NCBI GenBank assembly: GCA_963735595.1
Contig: CAVTLK010000004.1
Coordinates: forward strand, 128,001 to 192,000
Direction of reading: 5' to 3'
DNA from: an uncultured delta proteobacterium
GTDB lineage: Bacteria; Desulfobacterota; Zymogenia; Zymogenales; Zymogenaceae
DNA length: 64,000 nucleotides
The notes beneath the pieces were generated by a model. The model was not told the origin of the DNA and did not search any database. It was given only the letters and a program-made list of their open reading frames with translations. The position numbers and the translations under genes were made by a program. Positions 63,347 through 64,000 of the stretch are shown here, piece after piece. Each line of letters begins with the position of its first letter. Position 1 is the stretch's first letter.

Positions 63347-63982
63347 ATGGAACTTGCACAATTAAAAGTTGAGATGAGGGAGGGCTCGGGGAAGGGTCCC
63401 GCCCGAAGGATGCGAAAAGACAATAGACTGCCGGGGATAATCTACGGCCGCGGGGAAGAGTCGATAAAGGTCCATGTCGATCCGGCCGAAATCAGGGCGG
63501 CGGTCCGTGTCCATGAAGGATCGCTTCCGGTGTTCTCTATTATCGGCGTCAAGGACGCGGAAAAGCTGTCGGGCATCGCAGTCCAAGTCCGCGAGCTGCA
63601 GACCGATCCCGTCAGCCATGAGTACCTCCACGTGGATTTCATGAAGGTGGACCTGTCAAAGCAGATCACCGTCGAAGTCCCCCTCCACTTCACCGGCAAG
63701 GCGAAAGGCCTCAAGATGGGCGGCATCATGGATGAGCCGGTAAGGAAGCTTGAAGTTATGTGCTTCCCGACGGATATTCCCGAGTTTATCGAGGTCGACA
63801 CGACAGATCTCGACGTCGGCCAGTCCATCCATATCAAGGACGTCAAACTGCCGAAGGACTGCTCGGTTGATACGACCCTTGACTTCACCGTGGTCTCGGT
63901 GATACTGCCCAGGCGGATTGTGGAGACCGAAGAAGCGGTCGAAGCCGTGGCCGAGGAAAAGGCGGAGGAAAAGGCCGAATAG
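63347..63982 (+). CDS. rplY: 50S ribosomal protein L25 / Ctc form
   Basis: GKGPARRMR, PGIIYG, LHVDF, VEVPL, GG, PTDIPE; follows prs. Confidence 0.96.
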   Translation: MELAQLKVEMREGSGKGPARRMRKDNRLPGIIYGRGEESIKVHVDPAEIRAAVRVHEGSLPVFSIIGVKDAEKLSGIAVQVRELQTDPVSHEYLHVDFMKVDLSKQITVEVPLHFTGKAKGLKMGGIMDEPVRKLEVMCFPTDIPEFIEVDTTDLDVGQSIHIKDVKLPKDCSVDTTLDFTVVSVILPRRIVETEEAVEAVAEEKAEEKAE

Positions 63983-64000
63983 AACGGTCCTCCACCGGGG

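Overview
GC-rich bacterial chromosome segment spanning the replication origin, most likely from a Desulfobacterota/deltaproteobacterium-type anaerobe (inferred from the split F0 atp cluster, ahbB, DUF1844, and the ispE-spoVG-tRNA-Gln-prs-rplY order). It carries dnaA-dnaN-gyrB-gyrA with DnaA boxes on both sides of dnaA, plus housekeeping genes (ndk, rlmN, folK, dksA, hemL, engB, ispE, prs, rplY, dnaJ-class, hsp20). Accessory loci of most interest: (1) a three-gene operon in which a CheB-like protein and an Hpt-like/helix-hairpin-helix protein appear to have lost their phospho-signalling and catalytic residues and sit with an intact orphan ParA; (2) a REC-4xPAS sigma-54 activator followed by three palindromic enhancer-like sites, a -24/-12 promoter and two tandem stand-alone V4R proteins; (3) a 1,347-aa inverse-autotransporter-like protein with a repetitive beta-helix passenger; (4) an Ltp4/Ltp3-like thiolase-fold pair with two DUF35 proteins behind a TetR-type operator. 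Several small features are missing from the ORF track: a bS22/mS38-like peptide, a 2-TM ORF with no canonical start, a THEP1 NTPase fragment and a 125-bp palindromic element. About 33.4-43.4 kb is full of single-base frameshifts, even in atpB, atpE and hemL. These are most likely assembly errors, so gene ends there are approximate. All family calls come from motif recognition by eye; no database search was run.
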